Shown one piece after another: positions 1-12,583 of a DNA stretch of 64,000 nucleotides. Position numbers and translations under genes: made by a program. The DNA lies in contig MU053645.1 of NCBI GenBank assembly GCA_013239625.1, forward strand, positions 1,728,274 through 1,792,273, in the 5' to 3' direction. The notes below the pieces were generated by a model. That model saw nothing but the letters and a program-made list of their open reading frames with translations, made no database searches and had not been told where the DNA came from. The stretch comes from Lama guanicoe (lineage: Eukaryota). Each line of letters begins with the position of its first letter. Within the stretch, counting starts at the first letter, position 1.

Positions 1-19
1 AGGTACCCAGGAGGGAAGG

Positions 20-57
20 AGACAGAGGGACAGAGAGAGAGAGAGAGAGAGAGAGAG
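20..57. repeat. GA-rich microsatellite
   Basis: Visible (GA)n run with gaca interruptions. Confidence 0.85.
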
Positions 58-209
58 GCTTCACCACCCTGACCGGTCAATCACTTCTTTCTTTTTTTGG
101 TGTTGGACAGTGCCATCCGGGATTGTTTCCCCAAGTTGTTATGCCTGGTAAGTGCCTATGTTCATCACTCTTATTAACACTGGTGACCTCCCCAGCTGCC
201 CTCAAGCCC

Positions 210-745
210 TTTAGGTTGAAGAAATTACTCCCTATTCCCAGTTTGCTGAGAGCTTTTATCATTTATGGGTGTTGGATTTCGTCAAAAACTTCTTCTGCAT
301 CCATTAATATAACCATGAGTTTTCTTCCTTAGACTGTTGATGTGAGGAATTACATTAATTGATTTTCAAATGTTGAATCGGCCTTGCATACCGGGAATAA
401 ATCCCATGTGGTCATGCTGTATAATTTTTTTTATACATTGTTAGATTCTATTTGCTAATAGTTTCTGGAGGATTTTTGCATATATCTTCATGAGAAATAC
501 TGGTCTATAGATTTCCTTTTTTGTAACATCATTTTCTAGTTTTGGTATTGCAGTAATGTTGGCCTCATAGAATGAGTTAAGAAGTACTCTCTCTGCATCT
601 ATCTTCTGGAAGAGATTATAGAAAATTAGTACAATTTCTTCCATAAATGTGTGGGTATAATTCACCTATTAAGCCATCTGGGCTTGACACTTTCTGTTTT
701 GGAAATTCATTAATTATTGATTCAATTTCTTTTAATAGATATAGA
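210..745 (-). mobile_element. Old L1 (L1M) ORF2 fragment
   Basis: Minus ORF 441-665 reads LFQKID..LLNSFYEANITAIPK..YRPVFLMKIYAKILQKLLANRI, the start of the L1 reverse-transcriptase region. Confidence 0.85.
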
Positions 746-824
746 CTTCAATTGTCTATTTAAAATTTATTTTAAATTGTGAAATATATAGACCTGTGTT
801 TTTTGTTTTTATTTCTTTTGTGCA

Positions 825-2680
825 TTTAACTGCTTTATTGATGTATAATTCACATATCACACAATTTACCCAAGCTATACAATTGTTTTTAGTCTATTCA
901 CAGAAATATGCAACCACCACCATAGTCTATTTTAGAATTTTTTCATCACTTGAAGAAGAAACACCTAACCTTTGAGCTGTCACCCCTTATACTCCCATCG
1001 CTTAAGCTTTAAGCACCTAATGATCTACTTTGTCTTCATAAGATTTCTCTATTTTAGACAGTTTATGTTAATGAAGTTATGTAATACATAGTTTTTTGTG
1101 ACTGGCTTCTTTCACTTAGCATAGTGTTTTCAATGTTGATCTCTGTTGTAAGATAAAATGGTAAGTCACTCCTTTTTATTTCTGATTAATATTTTATAGT
1201 GTAGATATACTTCAATTTGTTTATCTCTCTGTCAGTTGATGGACAATTGGATTGTTTCCACTTTTGGCTATTTTGAATAATGCTGCTATAAATATTCACC
1301 TATAATTTTTCGTGTGAACATATATTTTCATTTCTCTTGTATATATACCTAGAGTGGAATTATGGGGTTGTATGGTAACTCTGTTTATTTCTTTCAGGAA
1401 CTTGCAGACTGTTTACAAAGTGGGTGCTCCATTTTACATTCCCACCAGGAGTGTATGAGGGTCCTGATTTCTCCACATCCTGACTTTTTGATTCCAGCTA
1501 TTTTATTGGGTTTGAAGTAGAATCTCCTGGTGGTTTTGATTTCCCCAGGGACTAATGATGTTGAGCATCGCATTGTTCATTTTAATACCCTCCTTGGAGA
1601 AATGTCTATTCAGATCATTTGCCCATTTAAAAAATTGGGTTATTTGTCTTTTTATTACTGAGTTGTAAGTGTTCCTACATATTATGGATATAAGTCTCCT
1701 ATCAAATATATGATTTGCCAATAATTCCCACTATTCTGTGGGTGCTATTTTCACTTTCTTTCTTTTCTTTTTTTTTGGTCAGTATTTCTTTTCTTTTCTT
1801 TTCTTTCTTTTTTATTTTCACTTTCTTGATGGTGTCCTTTGAAGCACAAAAGTTTTCACTTTTGATAATGTCCCTACTTTGTATATGTTCTTGCTTATGC
1901 TTTTGTTGTCATATCTAAGACTCCTTTGCAAAATCCAAGGTCATGAAGATTTATCCCTATATTTTTTTCTATGAATTTTATGGTTTTAGATCTCACATTT
2001 AGTTTTTTCATCCATTTCATGTTAATTTTTGTATATAGTGTGAGGTAAAGTTCCAACTCCAATCTTTTGTATGTAGCTCTCTAGTTGTCCCAGCAGCATT
2101 AGCAGAGAAAGCTATTCTTTTTTCCCATTGGGTGGCCTTGAAACCATTGTCAAAAATTGGTTGACCAAAGATGCCTGGTTTTGTTCCTGGACTTTCCATT
2201 CTGTTCTGTTGAGCTCTATGTATATCCCTGTGCCAGTATCACAGTCTCTTGATTACCACTGCTTTGTGGTAAGTTTCAAAATAGAGAACTGTAAGTTCTC
2301 TTGCTTTGTCCGTTTTCAAGTTTGTTTTGACTAATCTGGTTTCCTTGAAATTCCATATGCATTTTTAAATTAGCTTGTTAATTTCTACAAAGCAATCTGC
2401 TGTGTTTCCTACAGACACTGCATTATATCTGTAGATCAATTTGGGGAGTATTGCCATACTAATATTTAATGTTCTGATCCATGATCATGGGGTATTTTCC
2501 TATTTATTTATATCTTTAATTACTTTCAACAGTACATTGTAGTTTTCAGACGAAGACTTTGTGATTTTTTTTGTTAAATTAACTCATACGTATATTTTTT
2601 TGATATAATTGTAAATGGAAATGATTTTTAAATTTCATTTTAGATTGCTCATTGCAAGTGTGTAGAAGTGTATACTGATC
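825..2680 (-). mobile_element. L1M (L1MB-like) 3' end and ORF2 C-terminal part
   Basis: Typical L1 tail (ctttattgatgtataattcacat...); minus ORF 1503-1721 has KWANDLNRHFSKE, an L1 ORF2 C-terminal motif. Confidence 0.85.
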
Positions 2681-4869
2681 TCATATTGAAATGCCGACTC
2701 ATTTAAAGTAATAGAAGATCAATTTCTACTCTGAGGATTATTGTATTTCTTTTTATTAAAAATATCTAGCTATCTAAGCATTTTTGAGATGCAATAAGCC
2801 AAACAGACTAGGATATGATTAATTTAGGAAAATAATCAAATTTACTAAACCCTTCTAAGTATAAAGAAATATTACACTCTTACAAACTTAGGAGGAAAGG
2901 CTTTTCATTTACAGACCCAAAGACACACAGAGAGCTCACAGCTTAAGCTTCACAACCTGGCGAAGGAATCTAATGCAAAATCAGACACAAATGCATTTGC
3001 AAACAAACTCTACAGGAAAAAAAATCATTGCAAAGAGATGACCAAGAATGGATACTTGGTCTTTTAGATTATTTGTATAGGAGCTTTCTGTGTTTTCAAA
3101 TAATAATCTCTTCATTCTGTTCCCTTTACTCAAGAATTTCATGACCCACCTCCCCAACCCATGGAATTTATTAAACAAAAGAAGCTTAATACTCTTTTTC
3201 ATATTTCGAAGATTTCACAGGCTTTCAGTTTTGAAACTTGTTATCAAAACTAGGATACAAGTCTCTAAACTGAAAGAAAAGTTTACCAGTCTCTCCCCTG
3301 CAGCTGAAGTTTTCATTCATGAATTCCATCAGCAAACCCAAGCAGATCTTTTAGACTTCCATTTGTTGAGAAAACTTGGATAAGCAAAACAGAGTGGTTC
3401 CCACTAGTATTCTGTAACTACTTAGAGAAACATATTTTTAAAAAATAAATATAACTTAGTTAAATAAGCATCATACTTGGAAACCCGAATACACAGAAAA
3501 TAAATCTGACCTGTCACGTTTCAGAAAGAGCCCATCAAGGGTCATAGCACCTCAGGCATCAGGAAGTTCAAGGAGAAGCAAAGCCCTACAAAAGCAAGTT
3601 TGATGTTACATTTTCTTATCAAGCAATGGTTCTCCAACCAGCGGATGATCAAAAGATGAGCAGATCTTGGCAGGCTCACTAGAGTCATAAAAATATAATT
3701 GACCAATGTCCTCGAAACTTCCATTCCCAGCCAGCTTGAGTAGTCCCAATCCTCCCAAGTGATCTCTTTACATCAGAACACCCTGGATATAGCATAGCAA
3801 GCAAGCAAAGGAAACTCAAAAAGGTGGAAAGGGGACGATGAACTGGTTAGTGCCCTTGGGACTGGAGCCAGGACACAAGAATGAGTCCCCTCAATTTTCT
3901 TAATTCCTCACAAATGTCCCAGATGGGCACTGCAGAAGCCTGCAGCTCAGAACCAACAATACTGACAGACACAAAGCTCTAAGAAAAGTCTGTTCCTCTG
4001 GCCAAAGGACCATGAAAAGAGTAGTCTCAATATAGAAAACCTGTTTGGTAATAATGCACCCCGTCTCCAAACTGCAATGGAAAAAACTCACCCTAACCCC
4101 TGAGGATTTAGAGGCCAGGAGAGGAGCTAATCTTCCACCCTGCCTCTCTGAAGAAGATGACACCCACCCAATTCACCTGTCGGGGTAGTGTCAGAGGGGT
4201 CCAGCAGCAAGCTGAGCCTCCACCTCCACTCAACGGCAATGACTCTGAACAAGGCGTTCAAGATTGGGATTAGTAAGCATTCCATTTATCCCCATCTCTG
4301 GTGTCAGTGATGCCCAGAGGTAAGCTGAACCTCCACATCCATCCAGCACTAATGAGGCGGTGTGAAGTGGGACTAGTCAACACTCCACTTTCTCCCTCAA
4401 CTCTCTTTGTGTGCTGGGCCCTACTGAGAAGTGAGCCTCCACCTCCACCCAACATCAAGACAGAACCAAGGAGTGGGAGGCAGGGTTGCTTGGCACTCAG
4501 CTTTTCCCTTCCTTCCCTTGATGTCTCAGAGACCAGTGGGAAGCTAGCCAAGCTTCTTGCCCCAGCCCTGCAGCCAGCCACAAATTGTGGAGTCTGCCCT
4601 TCCCCTCACCCTTCCCTGGTGTCAAAAGGGCCCCGGGGGAACTGAGCTTACACTCCCATTCTGAGGCAACAAAGTGTTGTGAATTGGTGCCTCTCTTTTG
4701 TTTGAAAGGTATCACAGGGCTGGAGGGGGAGTTCAGCTACTACGGACACAGTGTGATCAATAATCCACTTCCGCTAGCGCGGTATCAGAGCAGGAATCTG
4801 AACATACAATCCACACCACTCTGTGTTATACCCCAAAATTATGGAAAAATGAAGATTAAATGGGATCTG

Positions 4870-5165
4870 GAGCCTTACGATGTGGTATCCAAAATGCTCA
4901 GGATATGAGAGATCACAATACCAAGAATCAAGAAAATCACACCTCGAATAATACAAGACAATGTACAGATGCCAACACTGAAGTGAATGATGTTGGAATT
5001 AACTGACAAGAATTTTGAAGTGACCATCTTAAAAGTAATTAACAAGCAGCTACAAATTCTCTTAAATGAAAAAATTGAAAATCTCAACAAAGAAGTGGAA
5101 GTTATAAGAAAGAAAGAAGTGGAAATTATAGAACTCAAAAATAGTGTATCTCTGACTGAAACTGC
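4870..5165 (+). mobile_element. Ancient L1 ORF1 coiled-coil fragment
   Basis: ORF 4987-5169 MLELTDKNFEVTILK...IENLNKEVEVIRKKEVEIIELKNSVS resembles the L1M ORF1 N-terminal heptad region. Confidence 0.7.
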
Positions 5166-5214
5166 ATAGATCCTGGGAAATGATAGTGTTGAGGCAGCAA
5201 AATGGGCTCCTTCT

Positions 5215-5740
5215 ACTTTACTTACTGTCTTACTATCCACCTACCAATATTAGTTTCAGGATTCAGAAAGAAGATGTCATAGAGTGTCATTTATACATTT
5301 ACTGAAATTGAAAAATGAAGTCAGACTTTTACTTATAAATGGAAATTCTGTTCATATATGAAAATTTTTTTTCAGTGAGAACTAGTTTTTCCAACTGAGT
5401 CATATGCTGAGCATTTTCCATAGATTGATTGAACTATACTTGCAATGCCAAAATTTAGAAGAAGAATATATAAAACACATCTATCTGGTATATCTATGAT
5501 ATACCAGAAATCACATCCTTTGTAAATTAAAAATATGAGAAGGCTGTTTTCAAAATTCTTTTAGGGAATATGAGAGGAAAAAATGAGCTTAAAATTATCC
5601 ATTTGAAAAGTTTCTGCTGTTCTGATTTTCAGCAAGCAATAGTCCACCTAGAGAAGGATGCTGAGCACAGTATCATTGCACCCTGCCCAGTTTCTGTCTG
5701 TACAAATGGCACTCCGATCCAACCTCTCAATTATTTTCTG
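5215..5740 (+). mobile_element. Decayed hAT/Charlie transposase fragment
   Basis: Fragmentary translations LLKLKNEVRLLL (~5298) and FQLSHMLSIFHRLIELYLQCQ (~5389) resemble the hAT motifs LxELxxEVxxFL and LAYLADIFxxLNELNLQLQG. Confidence 0.5.
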
Positions 5741-6114
5741 TTTGGAATTGTCTAGGCAGAACCTGACACTAGGTTGGGCTAATGTCTTGTCCTTTGAGGA
5801 AGGGAGAACAGGATTTGCACTGTCCTTGCCTGGGGTTCTTTAGAATTGTTTTTCTGGACACCCTAAGCACTTTAATTGGCCTTTACCCATTGAAAAAGTG
5901 ATACTGGGTTCATGGTGAGTTAAAGACTTATAGTGTCCTTAAACTGCTTATGGTAAATAGTATTGACAGGGTTCAGTATTCCTTTTGACTGAAGCACAAT
6001 TTAAAGCATAGTGTGGTTTAAGGTGTCTTCTTGGAAATCACAAAATATTTTTAAGAAATAGAGATTAGGAAGAACCCTAGATCTCTTGACATTCAATCTG
6101 ATAACCTACAGTCA

Positions 6115-6370
6115 ATGATAATTATCATAATCATCCATTTGTCAACACTATCAAGTGTTCTACTAAGTCCTCTCTATGCATTCTCTGAATGAAGCCCCAT
6201 CAAGAGACTTGAGAGGTCACATCAATTGTCATTGTCATTTTGAAGATGGATGATGAAATCTTGAAAAAGTTAATGTGCCTGGCCAAGGTCATGTAGATGC
6301 TAAGTAGTAAAGCCATAAAGCCAGGGATCCAATCTTAAGATATTTGATGCCATTATCCCATCTACTGAAA
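6115..6370 (-). mobile_element. MIR SINE
   Basis: MIR-core-like cattttgaagatg...gttaatgtgcctggccaaggtcatgtag. Confidence 0.6.
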
Positions 6371-6489
6371 GATGACGTTGTACTGCAAAAATTAAGAGTC
6401 CTGGTGGGACTACTTCTTTACCTGCAATTAGAGTATTAGAAAGAAATGTTTAAGGAAGAAAATAGAAAAAAACAAAACTAAAGAAAAGC

Positions 6490-6900
6490 GAAACAAATAA
6501 AAGCTGTGATCAAATGCTAAGTGTGATGAAGAAAAGTAAGACTAGTCTGATAAGGTGACCAGAGATGTGAATTTAGTAAGGAAGGTGGTTATAGGGCTAT
6601 CTAGGAGCAGGCTTTTACATGAAAACGTGATATGGGAACATGCTGGATGACTTAGTGTTAGAGGAACAAAAAAGAGGCTTGTGTGGCTGGAGAAAAATTA
6701 ATTTAACAAATATTCAAATATCCAGTGAACCAGGCATTACTATAGGCACTTAGGATACATTAATGAACAAATAAAGATTTTTGCCATCCTGGAATATATA
6801 TTTTTCTACCGTGGGAGATGGACAATTTAAAAAACAACATACGAATAAAACACATTGTATTCCAAAAGGTGGTAAACAACGCAGAAGACAAAAGGAAACA
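6490..6900 (-). mobile_element. L2 fragments
   Basis: L2 3'-end-like ttaacaaatatt...ccaggcattactataggcacttaggatacattaatgaacaa. Confidence 0.55.
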
Positions 6901-7089
6901 TTAGGGAAGGGGTGGAGTCGGGAGTCCGGGAGAGGGTTGTAAACAAATTCTATTACCTTTATGCTTGCGATGGGTAGGTCAGGTTTTTTTTTTTTAGAGG
7001 GTGAAAATCTTCTCCTTTAGGATCCTTTTGCTAAATGCCAGTGTAAATTTTATGCTGGCTTTACTGGACAGAGGCCAGAATCCATTTTT

Positions 7090-7790
7090 CCTGTCTCGGT
7101 GGAGACTCGACCCCTTGTTTAACACAGCATAGCCCCAGGGCGGACTAATGTCTGAGGGCTTTTTGTCATCCAGTGACTACTCGTTCTTTAAGTTCTCACC
7201 CTCTGAGGCGCAGCCCATCAATTTGGGCATTAGTTCTCTGTGCTTTCTGGCAGAAAGGCTGGCCAGGCAGTCCCAGGCCACAGGGAGAGGTACTGTGCCT
7301 CGCTTTCCCCGCAAGGGAAGGAAGGAGGGCGGGGCTGGTGCCCGAGCACAACCCTCTCACGCATAACCCTCTCTCAACTCGGGGCCTCTGGGCGGGTCAG
7401 GAATCAGGCCCCACCTCCCAGAACAGAGATGATTGACTGACTAATATGGGGTCACCTGACCTGAGCTGCGCCAATCCAGGTCCTCTCCCAACGAGTTTAA
7501 CTTTTAGAGGGAACCGGTAAGACGCCGAGTCTAGTTCGCGGCAAGCTCGGGAGAGGAAGGTAGAGTGCCGGGTCTTGGACTCCTCAAGTGTTTTCCGATC
7601 TTCTTCCAATCAGGTAAATTACAACTGTATTCTTTCTATCAGTTACGAGGATGTTGGCTTAAATTAAGTTAGCCGGGGTCAAGATCTAGGCATTAATACG
7701 AAAGGCAATCGAGCTGCATTGCTCGATGTTCCACCCTCCTCTCGACCGCTGTGCATCCGTCTGTCCTCACGTGTGACTCGCTTTACTCGT
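7090..7790 (+). promoter_or_regulatory. CpG-enriched promoter and probable non-coding first exon (donor after 7613) of the PRAME-like gene
   Basis: CpG enrichment in AT-rich surroundings, GC boxes (gggcggg ~7327, ~7390), CCAAT ~7470, splice donor CAG|GTAAAT at 7613/7614, CACGTG at 7768. Linkage to the gene 8.8 kb downstream is inferred. Confidence 0.55.
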
Positions 7791-7929
7791 AGGGTTAATC
7801 ATTTTGTGCTCTTTCTTGAAAATCCCTTCGTCAACCTTTCTCTTCTTAAAAAAATTATATTCCTCCTTGGGATCTTAGTTTTATTTGCGGTTAGTTTTGC
7901 TCTCTCAGACTTACAATTGTAAATATTTT

Positions 7930-7931
<2 letters not shown>

Positions 7932-7962
<31 letters not shown>
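7932..7962. repeat. (TG)n microsatellite
   Basis: Perfect TG run. Confidence 0.95.
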
Positions 7963-7964
<2 letters not shown>

Positions 7965-8681
7965 TTCTATTGTATTTCATTTCTTTTATATTTAAAAATG
8001 CTTTTCTCATCTGAAGAACAAATAAATATTCATTTGCATCTTGGAGATGGCTGTACTTAGACTTCTTATAATGGGCTCTCTCAAGCTGTTTGAAATAGTT
8101 CTTTGAGTGGATGATGTGACGTGAGCATTTATCCGTTTGACTATCCATCCTCCTAACTGTATTTCACTTGGTTAAACTATTATTAAACAGTGTCATTTAT
8201 AGAATAACCATTCCTTTAACCACCGATTTGGGGGGGGTTAATTTTTCATTTTGGAATTTAGACTTACGGAAAGGTTGCAAAAATTAGTACAGAAACTCCT
8301 CACCCAGATTTCCCTAATGTTAACATCTATAATCATAGGAAAATTACCAAAACTGGGAAATTAACATTGATGCAGTGCTATTAACTAATGTACATAGTTT
8401 ATTTGAATTTCACCATTTGCCGCAGTAATGTCCTTTTTCTATTCCCAGATCCCATTCCGGATTCCACACTGCGTTTGGCCAGCATTTCTCCTCAGTCTTC
8501 TCCAGGCTGACAGTTGCGCAGTCTTTCTAGGTCTTTACCAGCCTGGACACTTGTGAACACACTAATCAGGTATTTTATAGAATGTCTTGTCAATTTGAGT
8601 TTGTCTGATGTTTTCTTATGATTAGATAGATGTTACACATTTTGGGCAAAAATTCCCAGTTTTTCCTCCTCCTTCGCCCCA

Positions 8682-9162
8682 TTGGTGCTGGAGGGATTTC
8701 CACCCTAGTGCTAATGGGGGTGACTGAATGCATGGCACTGGACTGATGCTCTCCACAGCGGTTTATCGGTAACATTTCCTCACAGCCTGGGGGAGGGGGA
8801 CACTACTCACCAGGTGGAGCCTCACAGGAGTCATGCTCTGGAGGAGAGTGGACAGGCAGGGGCTGTGGGGGGCAGTCTGTAGTAACAAGAGGACAAAGTG
8901 ACCCTTGGTTCACTTGGGAGGATGTGACTGGCTGGTTTGTTAATTCTGTGGGCTGGTGGGGACCTGACCCCTGACAGTCAGGGGTCAGCAGGCACTGTGG
9001 CCAGTGTCCATGGTAAGGCAGGTTTTTTTGCCCAGGGACCTTATTCCTGAGAGCACAAGAGGGGCAGCAACCTGTGGTTCGTCCATTTGAGGCCCTCTGG
9101 GTTTTCCCCAGGATGTCAAGGCATACATGTTATGGTGCTTTAATTCTGAGTCTTTTAACCAC
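8682..9162 (-). mobile_element. Solo ERVL LTR (MER76-like)
   Basis: GC-rich ~480 bp block interrupting the L1MC, with recalled MER76-like motifs (ggaggatgtgactggc, gggaccttat, ccatttgaggccctc, gatgtcaaggca). Confidence 0.6.
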
Positions 9163-12100
9163 CGATTTGGGGGGGGTTAAATACTGCAATACTGCAAAAG
9201 TGATTCTGTTCCCTTCCCGAGCATCATGTCAGCATCATGGTCTCTGTATGTTGTAATAATGATATTCATCTGCATCACTTGATTAAGGGAGTGACAACTC
9301 TGTTGTTCCATTGTAATGGACTGTTTTCTCATTTGTTAGTAATAAATATCGTGTATGAAATACTTTAAGACTGAAAATATGCTGTTTCTTCTCGGGCTTT
9401 TATTCACTACCTTTAGGCTCCATCAGGGAAATTTGCCTACAGCAGTTATTACCTAATGATTACTTTCTGTTTCCTCATTCCTGCTACATGTGTTCATTGG
9501 AATTCTGAGAGCTGCCTTTTCTCCCCCATTTATTTGTTCATAAAATTTCAAAATATTTATAAAAATTATTGTATAAAATTTATTTCAAATTATTGAAGCA
9601 AATAATTTATTCAAATTTTTAAGTCAGTATCGACTCCTGAATAACTATTTTATACTATGACTTATAATCAAATTATATCATTATTTAGTTTCTTGAATTG
9701 TTCCAGCTTTGATCTTGCGAGTTTCCATTTGGTTGGTTCTGTCCTATTTCCACATGACCTGCTCCTTTTTTGTACGCTTCCTTACTGGCACCATAAGATG
9801 TTCATGTTCATCTTATGTTGTTTTTTTCTCCATCTCGGCCCTGAAATCAAACCACTTCTGCAGGGAGCCCTGGTTCCTTTTATAGGAGAACGACGTTTAG
9901 AAACCTATATGTCAGTGTGTCTTCCTTGCTGCTAGGTCCTCCCTCTCCATCAACAAAGGAGGGAAATATATTGTATGTATATACTCATGCTTACAGACAC
10001 TTCCGTATTTCTCCACTTCCGTATTTCTCCACCTACGTATAGATACTAAAATCCAGGAGCTCTCACTGATGATACTTCATCTTTTAATCCATTCTAGCTT
10101 TATTTGTAACTTCTTTTTCTGACATGGCTCTCATTATCTACAATATTTACTTGTTTGTTGAGTCCAGATGTATACATGAAGTAGTTGCAGAAATGCTAAC
10201 CAATACCCCTGTCAGAAGCAGATGTAATACCTTGTGTTTGTGTACAGTTCTTTATGTCTTAAGCCTCAGAGGATGCAATCTAAGTACTGTTTTCCCAAAT
10301 TTCTTAGCTTAGCTATTTTTTCCCTCACCTCTTCAGTGTGGTTAAGATACTCATTTGTCATATAATTAGGTTAATTTGTTCATGTGTACATTTGAGTTTG
10401 CCCCCTCCCCACATCCTAGTTGATTTTAATTGTTTATTTAATTTTGGGATTTGTGAATTAATACTGTTACTCAAAGAGTCAGGGCTACACCAAAAACATC
10501 TACTCAGGGTAAGTGTCACTCCACATCCCTTCTACTCCCTTTCCATTCACCACTTCTCTCCCACACTCCCAGTTAGATGAGCAACCTCTTCTATTTCTGG
10601 TTTAATCTTTCCTTTATTTACTTTGCACAAGTGAACAGATATGTATATGTTTTCTTATATTGCCTTGCATGTTAAATGAAAGATGGCATTTTAAAATGCT
10701 CCTTTGTACTTTTCCTTTTTCACTTAACAGCATTCCATAAAATAATTCCTTTTTCCAATCATCATTCTTTTTTTGCAGCTTCACTGGGCTCCATTGAATG
10801 GGTGTATCACTCACATCCAACCACTCACCTATGTAGGGGCATTTAAGTTGTTTTCAACATTTTGGAATTACAAACAATGCTGGAGTGAATAACCTTGGGT
10901 GTATGTATTTTTGTATTGGTGGAAATGTATCTTCAAGATATATTCTCAGCAGTATGATTGTTGGGCCAAAAGTTAAGTGCATATGTAGTTCTGTTAGGTA
11001 TTTCCAAATTTCTCTCCAGAACAGTTGTACTTACTGGTCTTTGTTCCCACCAGCAATGTATAAGAGTGACTGTTTCCCCACAGCTTCACTAACAGAACAT
11101 TTTGCCCTACTTTTATGAGCTTTGTCAGGGTGGTAGGTGAGAGGTGGTATCTTGACGTTGTTTTAATAGGCATTTGTCCAACTGTGAGTAAGTTTGCCTC
11201 GTTATATTTTGAGGACTATTTTTTATGTTTTTTGTGAATTATCTGTCCCATCTTTCCCACATTTTCCTGCAGAAATTTGACCTCTTTGTCCTTCGGTATG
11301 TAAGAGTTCTATATATCTTTGGGCTATTATTCATTTGCCTGTGGTGGAGGCTGCAAATCCTTTATCCCAGTTTGTCAATTTCCTTTTGATTTATTTATGA
11401 TGTGTTTGCCATACATTTAAAAATGTTTTGTGTAGTCATATTGATCATTGTTTTCTTTCATTGAGCCTGGAACTGGAGTCACAGTTAGAAAGGCTTTCCT
11501 TACACTGAGGTTAAACAAGAGTTCTGCCATATTTCCTTCAAGACTGTTATGGTTTCATTTTTTATGTTTAGATTCCTAGCCTGGTTACAATTTATTTTTG
11601 TGTATGGTGTGTGATGTAGCTCTGCATTGATTTTTCCCCAAATGTCTCAGTTGTTCCAGCATCATTGATTAAATGTCCATCTTTGCCCTAGTGATTTTAC
11701 ACGCCCTTTTATCATGCACTAAAATGTCCATATATAATTGAGTGAATTTCTGCGTTTTCTATTCTATTCTATTCCACCGGGCTATTTGTCTATTCATGTA
11801 CCAGTACCACGATGTTGTGATTTCAGAGGCTTTACAGTATGCTTTAATGTCTGGCATCATTACTCCCCACTTACAGATTTTCTTTTTCACTTGTATCTGG
11901 CTATTATTGCATTTTTTTTTTAATATGAACTTTATTATCTGTTTGCCTAATTCCATAAAAACAATTGCTGATATTTTTGAGAGTATATTAAATTTTTACA
12001 TGAGTTTAGGGACCACTGACATCTTTTTAATTTTGAGTTATTCTATCCAGGGTCATTGAATGGTCATGTTTCCTTCTACGTTGTTCAGGAGTGTCTAAAT

Positions 12101-12429
12101 TTTTTCTTGTATAGATGCTCTCATTATTTCTCATTTTAAATGCAGAATTTATTTCTATGCATTTAATCTTTGTTTTTGCTATTGTATATGGGATTTTCTT
12201 TACTAATGTGTCCTCCAGCTGTTTGTGTGTGTGTGTACACAAAGACTATTTTGATTTTTGTATGTAACTTTATAGCCTACTACCTTGCTGATTTCTCATT
12301 GTTTTACATAATTTGTCATTGTTTCTGTAGGGCTTTTCAGGTATACTATAATATCTGCACATAGAGGTGACTTTACTTCTTGTTATCCATTCTTATAAAT
12401 TTAGTTGATTTCTCTAATCAACTAATTCT

Positions 12430-12583
12430 TTTTTAAAATGTTTATTTACTTATTTAAAAATTTGGGGGGGTTATTAAGCTTATTTATTTATTTATTTATC
12501 TTTAATGGAGGTACTGGGGATTAAACCCAGACCTCTTGCATGCTAGGCACACACTCTACCACTGAGCTATACCCTCTTCCCCC
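12430..12583 (-). mobile_element. Camelid tRNA-derived SINE (Vic-1-like)
   Basis: Reverse complement of gggtatagctcagtggtagag...tgggtttaatccccagtacctcc with a (TTTA)n tail. Confidence 0.85.

Noticed and set aside
4100..4650. GC-richer unique block with 103-114 aa ORFs and a minus-strand donor-like site (~4176)
   Set aside because: The ORFs lack recognisable homology and no gene model could be assembled.
9998..10029. 16-bp tandem duplication containing an ETS-like ACTTCCG
   Set aside because: Ordinary slippage inside an old L1; no evidence of function.
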